Shown here piece by piece: positions 39,269-51,729 of a DNA stretch of 64,000 bases. A program made the translations under genes and the position numbers. The notes under the pieces are model-generated. The model saw only the letters and a list, made by a program, of their open reading frames with translations. It was not told the DNA's origin and did not search any database. Position 1 is the stretch's first letter. Every line of letters starts with the position of its first letter. Source of the stretch: Octopus sinensis (taxonomy: Eukaryota); assembly GCF_006345805.1 (NCBI RefSeq), contig NC_043018.1:19530001-19594000 (forward strand), written 5' to 3'.

Positions 39269-39363
39269 AAATCTGTTCAACAAATTCTGTCTGACATTAC
39301 AAGCATGGAAAAGTGGACATTAAAAACAATGCTGCTGTTGCTGCTGATGATGATAATGAATGA

Positions 39364-39383
39364 ATGATGATGATGATGATGAA

Positions 39384-39433
<50 letters not shown>

Positions 39434-39437
39434 GGAA

Positions 39438-39484
<47 letters not shown>

Positions 39485-39587
39485 GGAAGATGATGAGGAA
39501 GATGATGATGATGATGATGATGATGATGACGATGACGATGATGATGATGATGATGATGATGACGATGATGAGGAAGATGATGAGGAA

Positions 39588-39644
<57 letters not shown>

Positions 39645-39993
39645 TGAGGAAGATGATGATGATGATGATGAAGATGATGATGAAGATGATGATGATGATG
39701 AGAAGATGATGATGATGACGATGACGATGATGATGATGATGATGATGAGAGAAGATGATGAGGAAGATGATGATGATGATGATGATGAATGACGATGACG
39801 ATGATGATGATGATGATGATGATGACGATGATGAGGAAGATGATGAGGAAGATGATGATGAATGATGATGATGATGATGATGATGAGATGATGATAAGAT
39901 GATGATGATGATGAGGAAGATGATGATGATGATGATGAAGATGATGATGAAGATGATGATGATGATGAGGAAGATGATGATGATGACGATGAC

Positions 39994-40034
<41 letters not shown>

Positions 40035-40095
40035 GGAAGATGATGATGATGATGATGATGAAGATGATGATGAAGATGATGATGATGATGAGGAA

Positions 40096-40157
<62 letters not shown>

Positions 40158-40876
40158 GGAAGATGATGATGATGATGATGAAGATGATGATGAAGATGAT
40201 GATGATGATGAGGAAGATGATGATGATGACGATGACGATGATGATGATGATGATGATGATGAGGAAGATGATGAGGAAGATGATGATGATGATGATGATG
40301 ATGATGACGATGACGATGATGATGATGATGATGATGATGACGATGATGAGGAAGATGATGAGGAAGATGATGATGATGATGATGATGATGATGAAGATGA
40401 TGATGAAGATGATGATGAAGATGATGATGATGATGAGGAAGATGATGATGATGATGATGAAGATGATGATGAAGATGATGATGATGATGAGGAAGATGAT
40501 GATGATGACGATGACGATGATGATGATGATGATGATGATGAGGAAGATGATGAGGAAGATGATGATGATGATGATGATGATGATGACGATGACGATGATG
40601 ATGATGATGATGATGATGACGATGATGAGGAAGATGATGATGATGATGATGAAGATGATGATGAAGATGATGATGATGAGGAAGATGATGATGATGACGA
40701 TGACGATGATGATGATGATGATGATGATGAGATGAAGAGATGATGAGGAAGATGATGATGATGATGATGATGATGATGACGATGACGATGATGATGAATG
40801 ATGATGATGACGATGATGAGGAAGATGATGAGGAGATGATGATGATGATGATGATGATGATGAAGATGATGATGAA

Positions 40877-40918
<42 letters not shown>

Positions 40919-41197
40919 GATGATGATGAAGATGATGATGATGATGAGGAAGATGATGATGATGATGATGAAGATGATGATGAAGATGATGATGATGATG
41001 AGGAAGATGATGATGATGACGATGACGATGATGATGATGATGATGATGATGAGGAAGATGATGAGGAAGATGATGATGATGATGATGATGATGATGACGA
41101 TGACGATGATGATGATGATGATGATGATGACGATGATGAGGAAGATGATGAGGAAGATGATGATGATGATGATGATGATGATGAAGATGATGATGAA

Positions 41198-41239
<42 letters not shown>

Positions 41240-41481
41240 GATGATGATGAAGATGATGATGATGATGAGGAAGATGATGATGATGACGATGACGATGATG
41301 ATGATGATGATGATGAGGAAATGATGAGGAAGATGATGATGATGATGATGATGATGACGATGACGATGATGATGATGATGATGAGATGACGATGATGAGA
41401 AGATGATGAGGAAGAAAGATGAGAGGATGATGATGATGAGGAGATGATGATGACGATGACGATGATGATGAAGATGATGAA

Positions 41482-41514
<33 letters not shown>

Positions 41515-41898
41515 GATGATGATGAAGATGATGATGATGATGAGGAAGATGATGATGATGACGATGACGATGATGATGATGATGATGATGATGAGGAAGA
41601 TGATGAGGAAGATGATGATGATGATGATGATGATGACGATGACGATGATGATGATGATGATGATGATGACGATGATGAGGAAGATGATGAGGAAGATGAT
41701 GATGATGATGATGATGATGATGAGGAAGATGATGATGATGACGATGATGATGATGACGATGATGATGATGATGATGATGATGAGGAAGATGATGAGGAAG
41801 ATGATGATGATGATGATGATGATGATGACGATGACGATGATGATGATGATGATGATGATGATGACGACGACGACGACGATGATGATGATGATGATGAC

Positions 41899-41931
<33 letters not shown>

Positions 41932-42128
41932 GATGATGAAGATGATGATGATGATGATGATGAAGATGATGATGAAGATGATGATGAAGATGATGATGAT
42001 GATGAGGAAGATGATGATGATGACGATGACGATGATGACGATGATGATGATGATGATGATGATGACGATGACGACGACGATGATGATGATGATGATGATG
42101 ATGATGATATGATGATGATGATGGCGAT
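39364..42128 (+). repeat. (GAT)n satellite with GAC/GAA/GAG variants and higher-order blocks
   Basis: GAGGAA(GAT)4GACGATGAC recurs at 39967, 40210, 40489, 40678, 41000, 41267, 41542 and 42004. Confidence 0.95.
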
Positions 42129-42664
42129 GACAACAACAATGTTGGTCTTTGGGGAAAAGGCAAAAAGCTGATAAGAGTTTAATCATTAACCAAAAATAGT
42201 CAATCAAAAATACCGAATTTGAATGAAGATCTCTCTGCAGTGACACTGCAGAGAGATTTCTTTTTTTCTTTTTTTTTTGAAAGTTTTGCCAAAAATTACA
42301 CTTTTAACTCAATGGTTTTTCAATGACACCTATTTCTTTTCTTAATTTTGTTTTCTTGGCACCATCACAAAGTTTTTCCCTTCTCTCTATGTCTCTCTCT
42401 TTCGCTTTCTCTTTCTTTCTCTCTCTCTCTCTCTATCTCTATGTCTCTCTCTTTTTCTATTGGTCAAAAATTTCATCGATAAGAAATCAATATTAAGATT
42501 AAAATCTTGTTTTTTAAAAATTGATTTTTATTACTCTAAATGTTAGATCTTTTTACTCAGAAGGGGGGAAAAAACAACCCCAGAAAAACATTATCACAAC
42601 TGAATGCAACATTTTTCTTTTTTTATCTGTATGTGTCTTCTTTTCCCAGCCTGTTTAAAAAAAT

Positions 42665-42730
42665 TTCATTATTATTATCATTATCATTATTATTATTATT
42701 ATTCTTATCATTATTATTATTATTATTATT

Positions 42731-42761
<31 letters not shown>

Positions 42762-42857
42762 CTGTTGTTGTTGTTGTTGTTGTTGTTGTAGTAGTTATTA
42801 TCATTATTATTGTTATTAACATTACTGTTTTTATTATCATTATCATCATCAACATTG

Positions 42858-42902
<45 letters not shown>

Positions 42903-43010
42903 GTATTATCATCATCATCATCATCGTTGTTGTTGTTGTTGGTGGTGGTGGTATTATTATTATTAACATTACTGTTTTTATTATCCTTATCATCATCAAC
43001 ATTGTTGTTG

Positions 43011-43054
<44 letters not shown>

Positions 43055-43133
43055 GTTGTTGTTGTTGTTGTTATTATCATTATTATTGTTATTAACATTA
43101 CTGTTTTTATTATCATTATCATCATCAACATTG

Positions 43134-43180
<47 letters not shown>

Positions 43181-43377
43181 GTTGTTGTTGTTGTTGTTGT
43201 TATTATCATTATTATTGTTATTAACATTACTGTTTTTATTATCGTTATCATCATCAACATTGTTGTTGTTATTATTATTATTATTATCATCATTGTTGTT
43301 GTTGTTGGTGGTGGTGGTATTGTTATTAACATTACTGTTTTTATTATCCTTATCATCATCAACATTGTTGTTGTTAA

Positions 43378-43409
<32 letters not shown>

Positions 43410-43455
43410 TATTATTATTATTATTATTACTACTACTATCATTATTATTATTATA
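42665..43455. repeat. (ATT/GTT/ATC) satellite with five higher-order units
   Basis: ttattaacattactgtttttattatc recurs near 42812, 42960, 43088, 43217 and 43323. Confidence 0.9.
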
Positions 43456-44205
43456 AATATGTGATTTCATTTGTAGATGTTAGTTAATCAATGGTGAAGT
43501 AATTGATTTTAGCCATTAGAGATTTTCAGGTTTGAGTTTCTCCAACAAGAAAGTTTATCTGTCCAAGACCAATTCTATATTTAAGCATCCTCCCATATGT
43601 ACACACACACACACATACACACACACACACATGCTTTCATCTTTATGCATACACACAAGCTCAAATAATCTTATGCTTGCCCACGCATACATGCATGTGC
43701 ACTCGCCCATACACACATACACACTTATACACATCAGCCACACACAAGCATACACCCACTTTAACTAGGTCATTATTATCACCCCTTCCATTCAATCACT
43801 TCCACAGCCTTCTAGTCAATTCAACATGTAAAATCATTAGTCCAGATATGTCTTTTTCTCTCTCCATTTTCTTTCTTGTTCCTTTCTGACAAAGAGCATA
43901 GGCTTGAAACATCAAAGACTTCTTCCATTTTTTCTGAGCATCAAGCTAATACATCCTGTTTCTTGTTCCCTCATCTATCTCTATCTTTTGCTTTTGTATA
44001 ATTTTGAACACCATATATATATTATATATATATATATATATCTTATGTATATTTTATTAATTTGCATGTATGGCTTATGCTCACAGCCACCAATGATGGT
44101 ATCTTAAAAAATAATATCGTTCTGATATCTATTTATAAATAATTTCACATCCAAAACTCGGAGTTTTATTATGGCAACTGAATTATTGTCACATTATATT
44201 ACAGT

Positions 44206-44239
<34 letters not shown>

Positions 44240-44421
44240 TAAAGCATCCACTACACTCACGGAGTGGTTGGTGTTAGGAAGGGCATCCAGCTGTAGAAAC
44301 ATTGCCAGATAAGACTGGAGCCTGGTGCAGTCTTCTGGCTTCCCAGATCCCCGGTCGAACCGTCCAACCCATGCTAGCATGGAGAACGGACGTTAAACGA
44401 TGATGATGATGATGATGATAA

Positions 44422-44456
<35 letters not shown>

Positions 44457-44484
44457 CAAAATAAGCAACAAGAATGACTCCGGT

Positions 44485-44575
44485 AATTTGGTACAATTGT
44501 TTCGCACTACAACATTTTATTAAAAGTTGTAAGTATTACAACAGATTTAAGATGCTGAGTGCTCATCAGCCAATT
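44485..44575 (-). ncRNA. Type I hammerhead, family A
   Basis: Minus strand aattgg-CTGATGA-gcact..agtgc-GAAA-caattg-TA-ccaaatt. Confidence 0.85.
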
Positions 44576-44762
44576 ATAGAGGTTTTCCATTAATACAAAA
44601 GTTTTCAAATCAAGTGGCAACATTATAAAGAAGGCAGATATACAGACAAAGATGTAGATTTAAATTTTAAGAACATAAATCTACATCTTTGTCTGTATAT
44701 CTACCTTCTCTATAATGTTGCCACTTGATTTGAAAACTTTTGTATTAATGGAAAACCTCTAT

Positions 44763-44853
44763 AATTGGCTGATGAGCACTCAGCATCTTAAATCTGTTGT
44801 AATACTTACAACTTTTAATAAAATGATGTAGTATGAAACAATTGTACCAAATT
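44763..44853 (+). ncRNA. Type I hammerhead, family A
   Basis: aattgg-CTGATGA-gcact..agtat-GAAA-caattg-TA-ccaaatt. Confidence 0.8.
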
Positions 44854-45989
44854 ACCGGAGTCATTCTTGTTGCTTATTTTGATTATAATCACCCCGAAAA
44901 TTTTTATGCATAACACCATACAAAATTCTGGTGCATCTAAATTAAGTAACATATTCATTCGAATCTAAATTTTTGCTGAACTTATATATATATATATATT
45001 ATTAATGTTATATACATATATGTGCCCCGTGTTGGTGGCACGTAAAAGCACCATCCGTTTGTGTCCGTTGCCAGCCTCGCCTGGCCCCTGTGCCGGTGAC
45101 ACGTAAAAGCACCATTCGTTTCGTGGCCGTTTGCCAGCTCTGTCTGGCCCCTGTGTTGGTGGCACGTAAAAGCACCATCTGTTCGTGTCTGTTGCCAGCC
45201 TCGCCTGGCCCCGTGCCGGTGACACGTAAAAGCACCATCCGTTCGTGGCCGTTTGCCAGCTCTGTCTGGCACCTGTGCGGGTGGTACGTAAAAAGCACCC
45301 ACTACACTCACGGAGTGGTTGGCGTTAGGAAGGGCATCCAGCCGTAGAAACACTGCCAGATCTGACTGGGCCTGATGAAGCCTTCCAGCTTCACAGACCC
45401 CAGCTGAACTGTCCAACCCATGCTAGCATGGAGAACGGACGCTAAATGATGATGATGATGATGTGTGTGTGTGCATGTGTGATAGACTGCATACAGTTGT
45501 TCTCAACCAAATTCATTCACAAAGCATTGCTTAACCCAAGACAAGACACTTAACCCAGATGCCATGCAGTAGGACTGAACCCCAAAACTCACATAATTGA
45601 GAAGCAAACTTCTAACCCACACAGCCATCCCCTGCTCCAACCCTCACCCCTTACATATATAATATTTCACATTTGACTGAACTGTTACGGAGCTAATTTA
45701 ATATTAATGTCAAAATATTTTCTTAAATTGCATTTTATTTTTAAATATGAATTTTATGAAAAAATATGATCAGCTTAAATACAATTATACAGCATTGTGA
45801 TTAAATATTATTATTCATTTTTCTCAAAATAATTGAATTTCTAGATCATAAAAATAAAATATCGAAATAATGAAAAATTAATTCGGAGAAGAGGAAAAGA
45901 CTTTGAAATGGAATTATTAAAACAATAAGTGAATTATCTCAAATTATATTAAGTGATAATCTATATTAATCTTAATGAATGAAGGAATG

Positions 45990-46610
45990 AAGGAATGACA
46001 GTGATGATGCTGAAGGTGGGGAGAGGTGAGGGGGAGGAGGAGAAGAAGAAGAGGAGGGAGGGGAGGAGGAGAAGAGGAGGAGGAGGAGGGGAGGAAGGGA
46101 AGGAGGGGAGGGGAAGGAGGAGAAGAGGGAGAGTAGGAGGAGTGGGAGGGGTAAAAAAAGAAGAAGAGAGGAAGGAGGAAAAGAAGGGGAGGAGGAAGAG
46201 AAGAAGAAGAAGAAGAAGGAGGAGGAGGAGGAGGAGAAGAAGAAGAAGAGGAGGGAGGGGAGGAGAGGAGAGGAGAAGAGGAGGAGAAAGGGGAGGAAGG
46301 GAGGGGAAGGAGGAGAAGAAGGAGAGTAGGAGGAGTGGAGGGTAGTAGAAAAGAAGAAGAGAGGAAGGAGGAAAAGAAGAAGGGGAGGAGGAAGAGAAGA
46401 AGAAGAAGAGGAGGAGGAGGAGGAAGGAGGAGGAGAGGAGGAGGAGGAGAAGGAGAAGGAGGAGGAGGAGAAAGGAGAAGAAAGAAGAAGAAGAAGAAGA
46501 AGGAGGAGGAGAGAAGGAGAAGAAGAAGAGAGAAGAAGAAGAAGGAGGGAAGAAGAAGAAGACAGAAGAAGAAGAAGAAGAGAAGAGAGAAGAAGGAAGA
46601 GGAAAAAGTA
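45990..46610 (+). repeat. Polypurine (GA-rich) tract with internal ~100-bp duplication
   Basis: Direct reading; 46110-46210 resembles 46310-46410. Confidence 0.9.
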
Positions 46611-46889
46611 GGATTACGTCAACTCTCGTGTTCAACAGATACTAATTTTACCGACCCCCAAAAAGATGTGAGGTAAATTTGACCTCAGTGGAATTTGAAC
46701 TCAGAACGTAAAGATGAATGAAATGGTGCAAAGCGTTTTGCCGGACAAGCTGATGATTCTACCAGTTCACCATCTTACTTTGGATTTAAGTAACCAAAAG
46801 CTGCATTAAGTTATGAACTCATATCTATAGCAACGGTTCTAATCAACCGTTGTAATTCCACTAACGATCAACATTTCAATATTTACCTT

Positions 46890-47156
46890 ATAAGGGTAGA
46901 GGAACATCGCAAAGCTATGACACGGGGAGGTATTGATAAATCGGGTTTAGCTGATCATGTATGAAAAAATAGAGACCACCTCCCCCTGTGGTATGAAGTT
47001 AAAATAATAGACATTGAACACCACTGGAAAATACGAAAACTAAAAGAAGCAGCACATATGCTAGGACACAACAACCTCCTAAGCAGACCGAGTTCAGATA
47101 TGAGCAGCATATGGGAACCGGTATTAAGGAAGGATAGGAGAATATTAGATTTGTGA
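46890..47156 (+). mobile_element. Penelope-like element GIY-YIG endonuclease C-terminal fragment
   Basis: IRVEEHRKAMTRGGIDKSGLADHV*KNRDHLPLWYEVKIIDIEHHWKIRKLKEAAHMLGHNNLLSRPSSDMSSIWEPVL. Confidence 0.75.
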
Positions 47157-47189
47157 GACCTAAAATACACTCCATAATTGCCCATGCGC

Positions 47190-47280
47190 ATATGGTGTAG
47201 TGGTTAAGAGTGCAGATTACTAATCCCAAGATTCTGAGTTTGATTCCAGGCAGTGACCTGAATGATAATAATATCGGTTC
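47190..47280 (+). mobile_element. Short tRNA-like SINE head
   Basis: tggtgtagtggttaagagtgc..gagtttgattcc. Confidence 0.55.
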
Positions 47281-48178
47281 CAGGAAGTATCCGTTCCTAC
47301 TGCATGGCATCTGGGTTAAGTATCTTGTCTTGGGTTAAGCAATGCTTTGTGAATGAATTTGGTTGAGAACAACTGTATGATGATGATGATGATGGTAATG
47401 GTGATGGTGATGGTAGTGGTGGTGGCAGTGGTGTTGGTGGCGGCGACAGCGGGGTCGATGGTGACGATGACGCTTTCAATTTCGATTCTGGGTAGTGAGC
47501 TGAATAATGGTAACATCAAAAATGCCTGGAGTGCATTTCAATATTTAATTTAAAACCCCAATTTAAATCCCATAGATATTTTTCATCCTGATTCCTGCCC
47601 TCATCCTATCCACATCCCACTGCAGGTCTGCACTTCAACCTCATTGGTAGAGATCTTATTGGCAAATTCAGTTTGTGAATATTTGAAACTTAAAACTAAA
47701 AGCAGCCACTTCAATATTGCGGATTTGACAAGATGCCAACCTTATTTGATAGGAGAGAACCAAAACCCTTAATAAATAAGAACATCCCTAAGGCATTGAT
47801 TAAAGTTTGGCACCTGTGTCTGATTCCATCCTTGCCGCTTTGTTGTTGTGCAACTCACACACATTCATTAATCCCCCCTGCACACCTCCTCCCTTGCACT
47901 CCACCAGAAACCACTCTGTTAACGCTGCTTATCAACAACACAACACCACAGTTACCCACGGCACCACCACAAAACACCCTCCACCTACCTACTGCTTCGT
48001 CCTCATCGCTACTCCCTTTTTTTTTCTTTTTTTTTTTAGACGTTTCTAAAGGAATGTTATGATAATGTGCCGTGTGTGAAATTACTAATTGAAATATTAA
48101 GATTGAAATTTCAGTCTGTCAACTGTTGAATGAATTGGAATGTCTCTGTGTAGAATCTAGTAGAAGTAGTAGTAGTAT

Positions 48179-48211
<33 letters not shown>

Positions 48212-48300
48212 AGTAGTAGTAGTATAGAGGAGGAGAGAGCAGCTGTAATATAGATGGCAGTCATGGCTGTATTATTATCATCATCATCATTATCATTGTT

Positions 48301-48665
48301 ATTACCTCCGCTGCCTTAGCAAAGGCGGAGGTATTGTTTTCAGTTGTGTTGGTTTGTTGGTCCGTAGACAAGATATCTCAAGAACCGCTGGATGGATTCA
48401 GATGAATCTTTCAGGGATGTTTGGCCTCATGACTGGCATGAAACGATTAGATTTTGGGATCAATCCAGTACTTGACAAGGATTCTGGATTATTTGTCCAT
48501 TTTTTTTTACTTAACTTTTGAGAGCGGTCGGGTTCATTTTTAGTATTCTCGTTTGTGAGAGCAATCGAGTTTATTTCAGATATTTTAAAAATAATCTCTG
48601 GCTAATCGTTGAGAGGACGTTGGTCTTGCCTTGGCAGAGGTTTGCACTCTCTGAGTGCTATTGTT
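48301..48665 (-). mobile_element. HINE-like element copy
   Basis: Reverse complement of 18768-19136; hairpin tacctccgc..gcggaggta. Confidence 0.55.
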
Positions 48666-48681
48666 ATTACTGTTATAATGC

Positions 48682-48912
48682 ACATCCAGGCCCAGTGGTT
48701 GCGTAGGAAGTCGGGGACAAGAAACAGGAAGAAAGAGTGAGAGAAAGTCGGAGCGAAAGAGTACAACAGGGGTCGCCACCACCCCCTGCAAGAGCCTCGT
48801 GGAGCTTTAGGTGTTTTCGTTCAATAAACACACACAACGCCCAGTCTGGGAATCGAAACCGCGATCCTCTGACCGCGAGTCCCCTGCCCTAACCATTGGG
48901 CCATTGCGCATC
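48682..48912 (-). mobile_element. SINE family 4 variant
   Basis: tggcccaatggttagggcaggggactcgcggtc..ggtttcgattccc. Confidence 0.75.
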
Positions 48913-49457
48913 CTGCTAATGCTGTTGTCAATAACCGTCGTTTTCTCTATTCCTTTCACTGTTATTGTTGTTGTTATCACTGCCGATGTGGTTTTCGATG
49001 TTGTAGCTAATACAATTAATGTTGCTCTCTTTACTCCTATTACTGCTGCTTCTGCTGCTGTTGTTGTTGTTGTTGTTGTTGTATTAGATTCAGATAGAAT
49101 GGTAAAAATCCTGAACTTCAGTTTATCAGGAGATCTGATCCCAACAGCCCCTCTCCAGAGATTATAGAAACATTTCATAAATTTTATGGCGCCAACCAGT
49201 CTCTCACAATAAAACTAAAAGTCAGAATTGGAAAAATGTTTTGTAACTTGTCTACAATATATCTGTATATTACATAATATATTTTTTTCACACACACTAA
49301 CACACACACATATATATACATATATGTGTATGTGTGTATACAGATATATATATATGTACATACACATATTTACATACATATGTATATGTAAATATATATA
49401 TATGTATATATGTATGTATGTATGTATGCATCTTGTATGTATGTATGTATGTATGTA

Positions 49458-49507
<50 letters not shown>

Positions 49508-49558
49508 TGTATGTATGTATGCATCTATGTATGTATGTATGTATGTATGTATGTGTGT

Positions 49559-49626
<68 letters not shown>

Positions 49627-49769
49627 TGCATGCCAGTATGTATGTATGTTTGTATGTATATGTATATATGCATATGTATATATTCATATATATTCCCACC
49701 AGAGAAAGCAGGTGTGAAATAATGTTGCTCTCTCTCTCTCTCACTCTCAACTCTGTGTGTATATGTATG

Positions 49770-49806
<37 letters not shown>

Positions 49807-50507
49807 TACCAACACATGAATACATATGTATGTGATATAATATGTATATATATATATATATATACATATATATATGTATATATATACACATATATATATA
49901 TGCAGACACACATGCACACGCACAGACACTCACAAACACACACACACACATAAAAACAATTATATAATGCTATGATATAAGTAATGTATCACATTATGCA
50001 TATAATTTCCTAAAATATCACTTCCCCTTCTTGTAAAAATTTATGAATATCTTCCTCTATTTTGTTCGTCGGGTTTTTGTGTTTGGTTATCTGTGAGTTA
50101 GTATCAGATCTCTCAATGTGAGGATGGAGATAGCATCGGGAGATGTTGAAGATAGAGCGATGTATTTATGCATAGGAAATGTATAAGATATACGCATATA
50201 GAAGTGTCTGTGTGTGTATATGGAAATGTTTGTATACACACACACACATATATTATATGTATATATATATATATATATACATATACATACATACATATAT
50301 GTATATATATATATATATATCATCATCATCATCATCATCATCATTTAGCGTCCGTTTTCCATGCTAGCATGGGTTTGACGGTTCAACTGGGGTCTGGGGA
50401 GCCCGAAGCTGCACCAGGCCAGTCAGATCTGGCAGTGTTTCTACAGCTGATGCCCTTCCTAATGCCAATATATATATATATGTATATGTATATATATATG
50501 TATACTT

Positions 50508-51729
50508 CCATAGGTCTCGGTCTCTAGACATTTCCTTAGTGAGACCTAAAGTTCGAAGGTCGTCTTCACCACCACCGTCCCAGGTTTTCCTGGTCTACCT
50601 CTCCACAGGTTTCCCCTCCACTGCTAGGGTGTAGCACTTTTGCACACAACTATCTTCAGCCTTTCTTGTCACATGACATACCAGCGCAGCCGTCTCTCTT
50701 GCACGCCACAACTGACGCTTCTTAGGTTCAGCTTTTCCTCTCAAGGAACTTACCCTCTGACGATTATGAACAATGACATTACACATCCATCGGAGCATAC
50801 TGCTTCATTCTTGCTAGCTTACGCATATCCTCAGCAGTCACGGCCATGTTCACTACCATGTAGCATGGCTTACGTACACATGCATCATACAGTCTGCCTT
50901 TTACTCTGAGCGAGAGGCCTTTTTGTCCCAGCAGGGGTAAGAGCTCTCTAAACTTTGCCCTAGGCTATTCTTACTCTAGCAGTTACACTTTCAGCACAAC
51001 CCACCCCCGCTACTGACTTGGTCTCCTAGGTAGCGGAAGCTATCAACTACTTCTAGTTTGTCTCCTGGACGTGGCAGAAGTTGGTCTCTGCCTATTTCCA
51101 GTGTTATTGCTCCTGAGCATTTGCCCACGACAAAAACTATTTTCCTAGTTAGCCTTCCTTTGACTTGACTGCACCTCTTATGTGTCCATAGCTTCACTTG
51201 GTGCATCTTATAGAGTTTCTACCTACAACCTTTTTGACAGATCGAGAGCAGGGCCATCTACCTGAAGGCATTTGTGATTGATCTACCTTCCTACTTATTA
51301 GAACTTTGGTTTTGGCTAGGTTGATTCTAAGGCCCTTCGATTCTAATCCTTGTTTCCACACCTGGAACTTCTCCTCCTTCTGATAGTGACTCAGCAATTA
51401 GAGCAAGGTCATCAGCATAGAGGAGCTCCCAGGGGCAACCTGTCTTGAATTCCTCCGTTATTGCCTGGAGGACTATGATAAATAGGAGGGACTGAGGACT
51501 GAACCTTGGTGACCCCAACCTCTACCCGGAATTCTTCACTGTACTCGTTGCCCACCCTCACCTTACTAGCAGCGTCTCTGTACATGGCTTGCACAGCTCT
51601 CACCAACCATTCTTCTATCCCTAGTTTCCTCATTGACCACCAGATAGGGACCGGGGGACCCTGTCAAAGGCTTTCTCCAAGTCCAACAAAAGCCAGGTAA
51701 CAAGGGCTTATCTTTGGCTAGGTATTCGT
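50508..51729 (-). mobile_element. 5'-truncated RTE retrotransposon (frameshifted RT)
   Basis: EYLAKDKPL..; GCPWELLYADDLALIAESLSE (YADD); LEVVDSFRYLGDQVSSGGG; MLRWMCNV. Confidence 0.9.

Larger units (their letters stand above)
44451..44887. repeat. Inverted pair of hammerhead family A (~212-bp arms, 13-bp spacer)
   Basis: 44451-44662 mirrors 44676-44887; the right arm continues as the family A 3' part to ~44955. Confidence 0.9.

Noticed and set aside
39277-42246. ~950-990-aa poly-His/Ile/Ser and poly-Met ORFs
   Set aside because: Translations of (GAT)n in alternative frames
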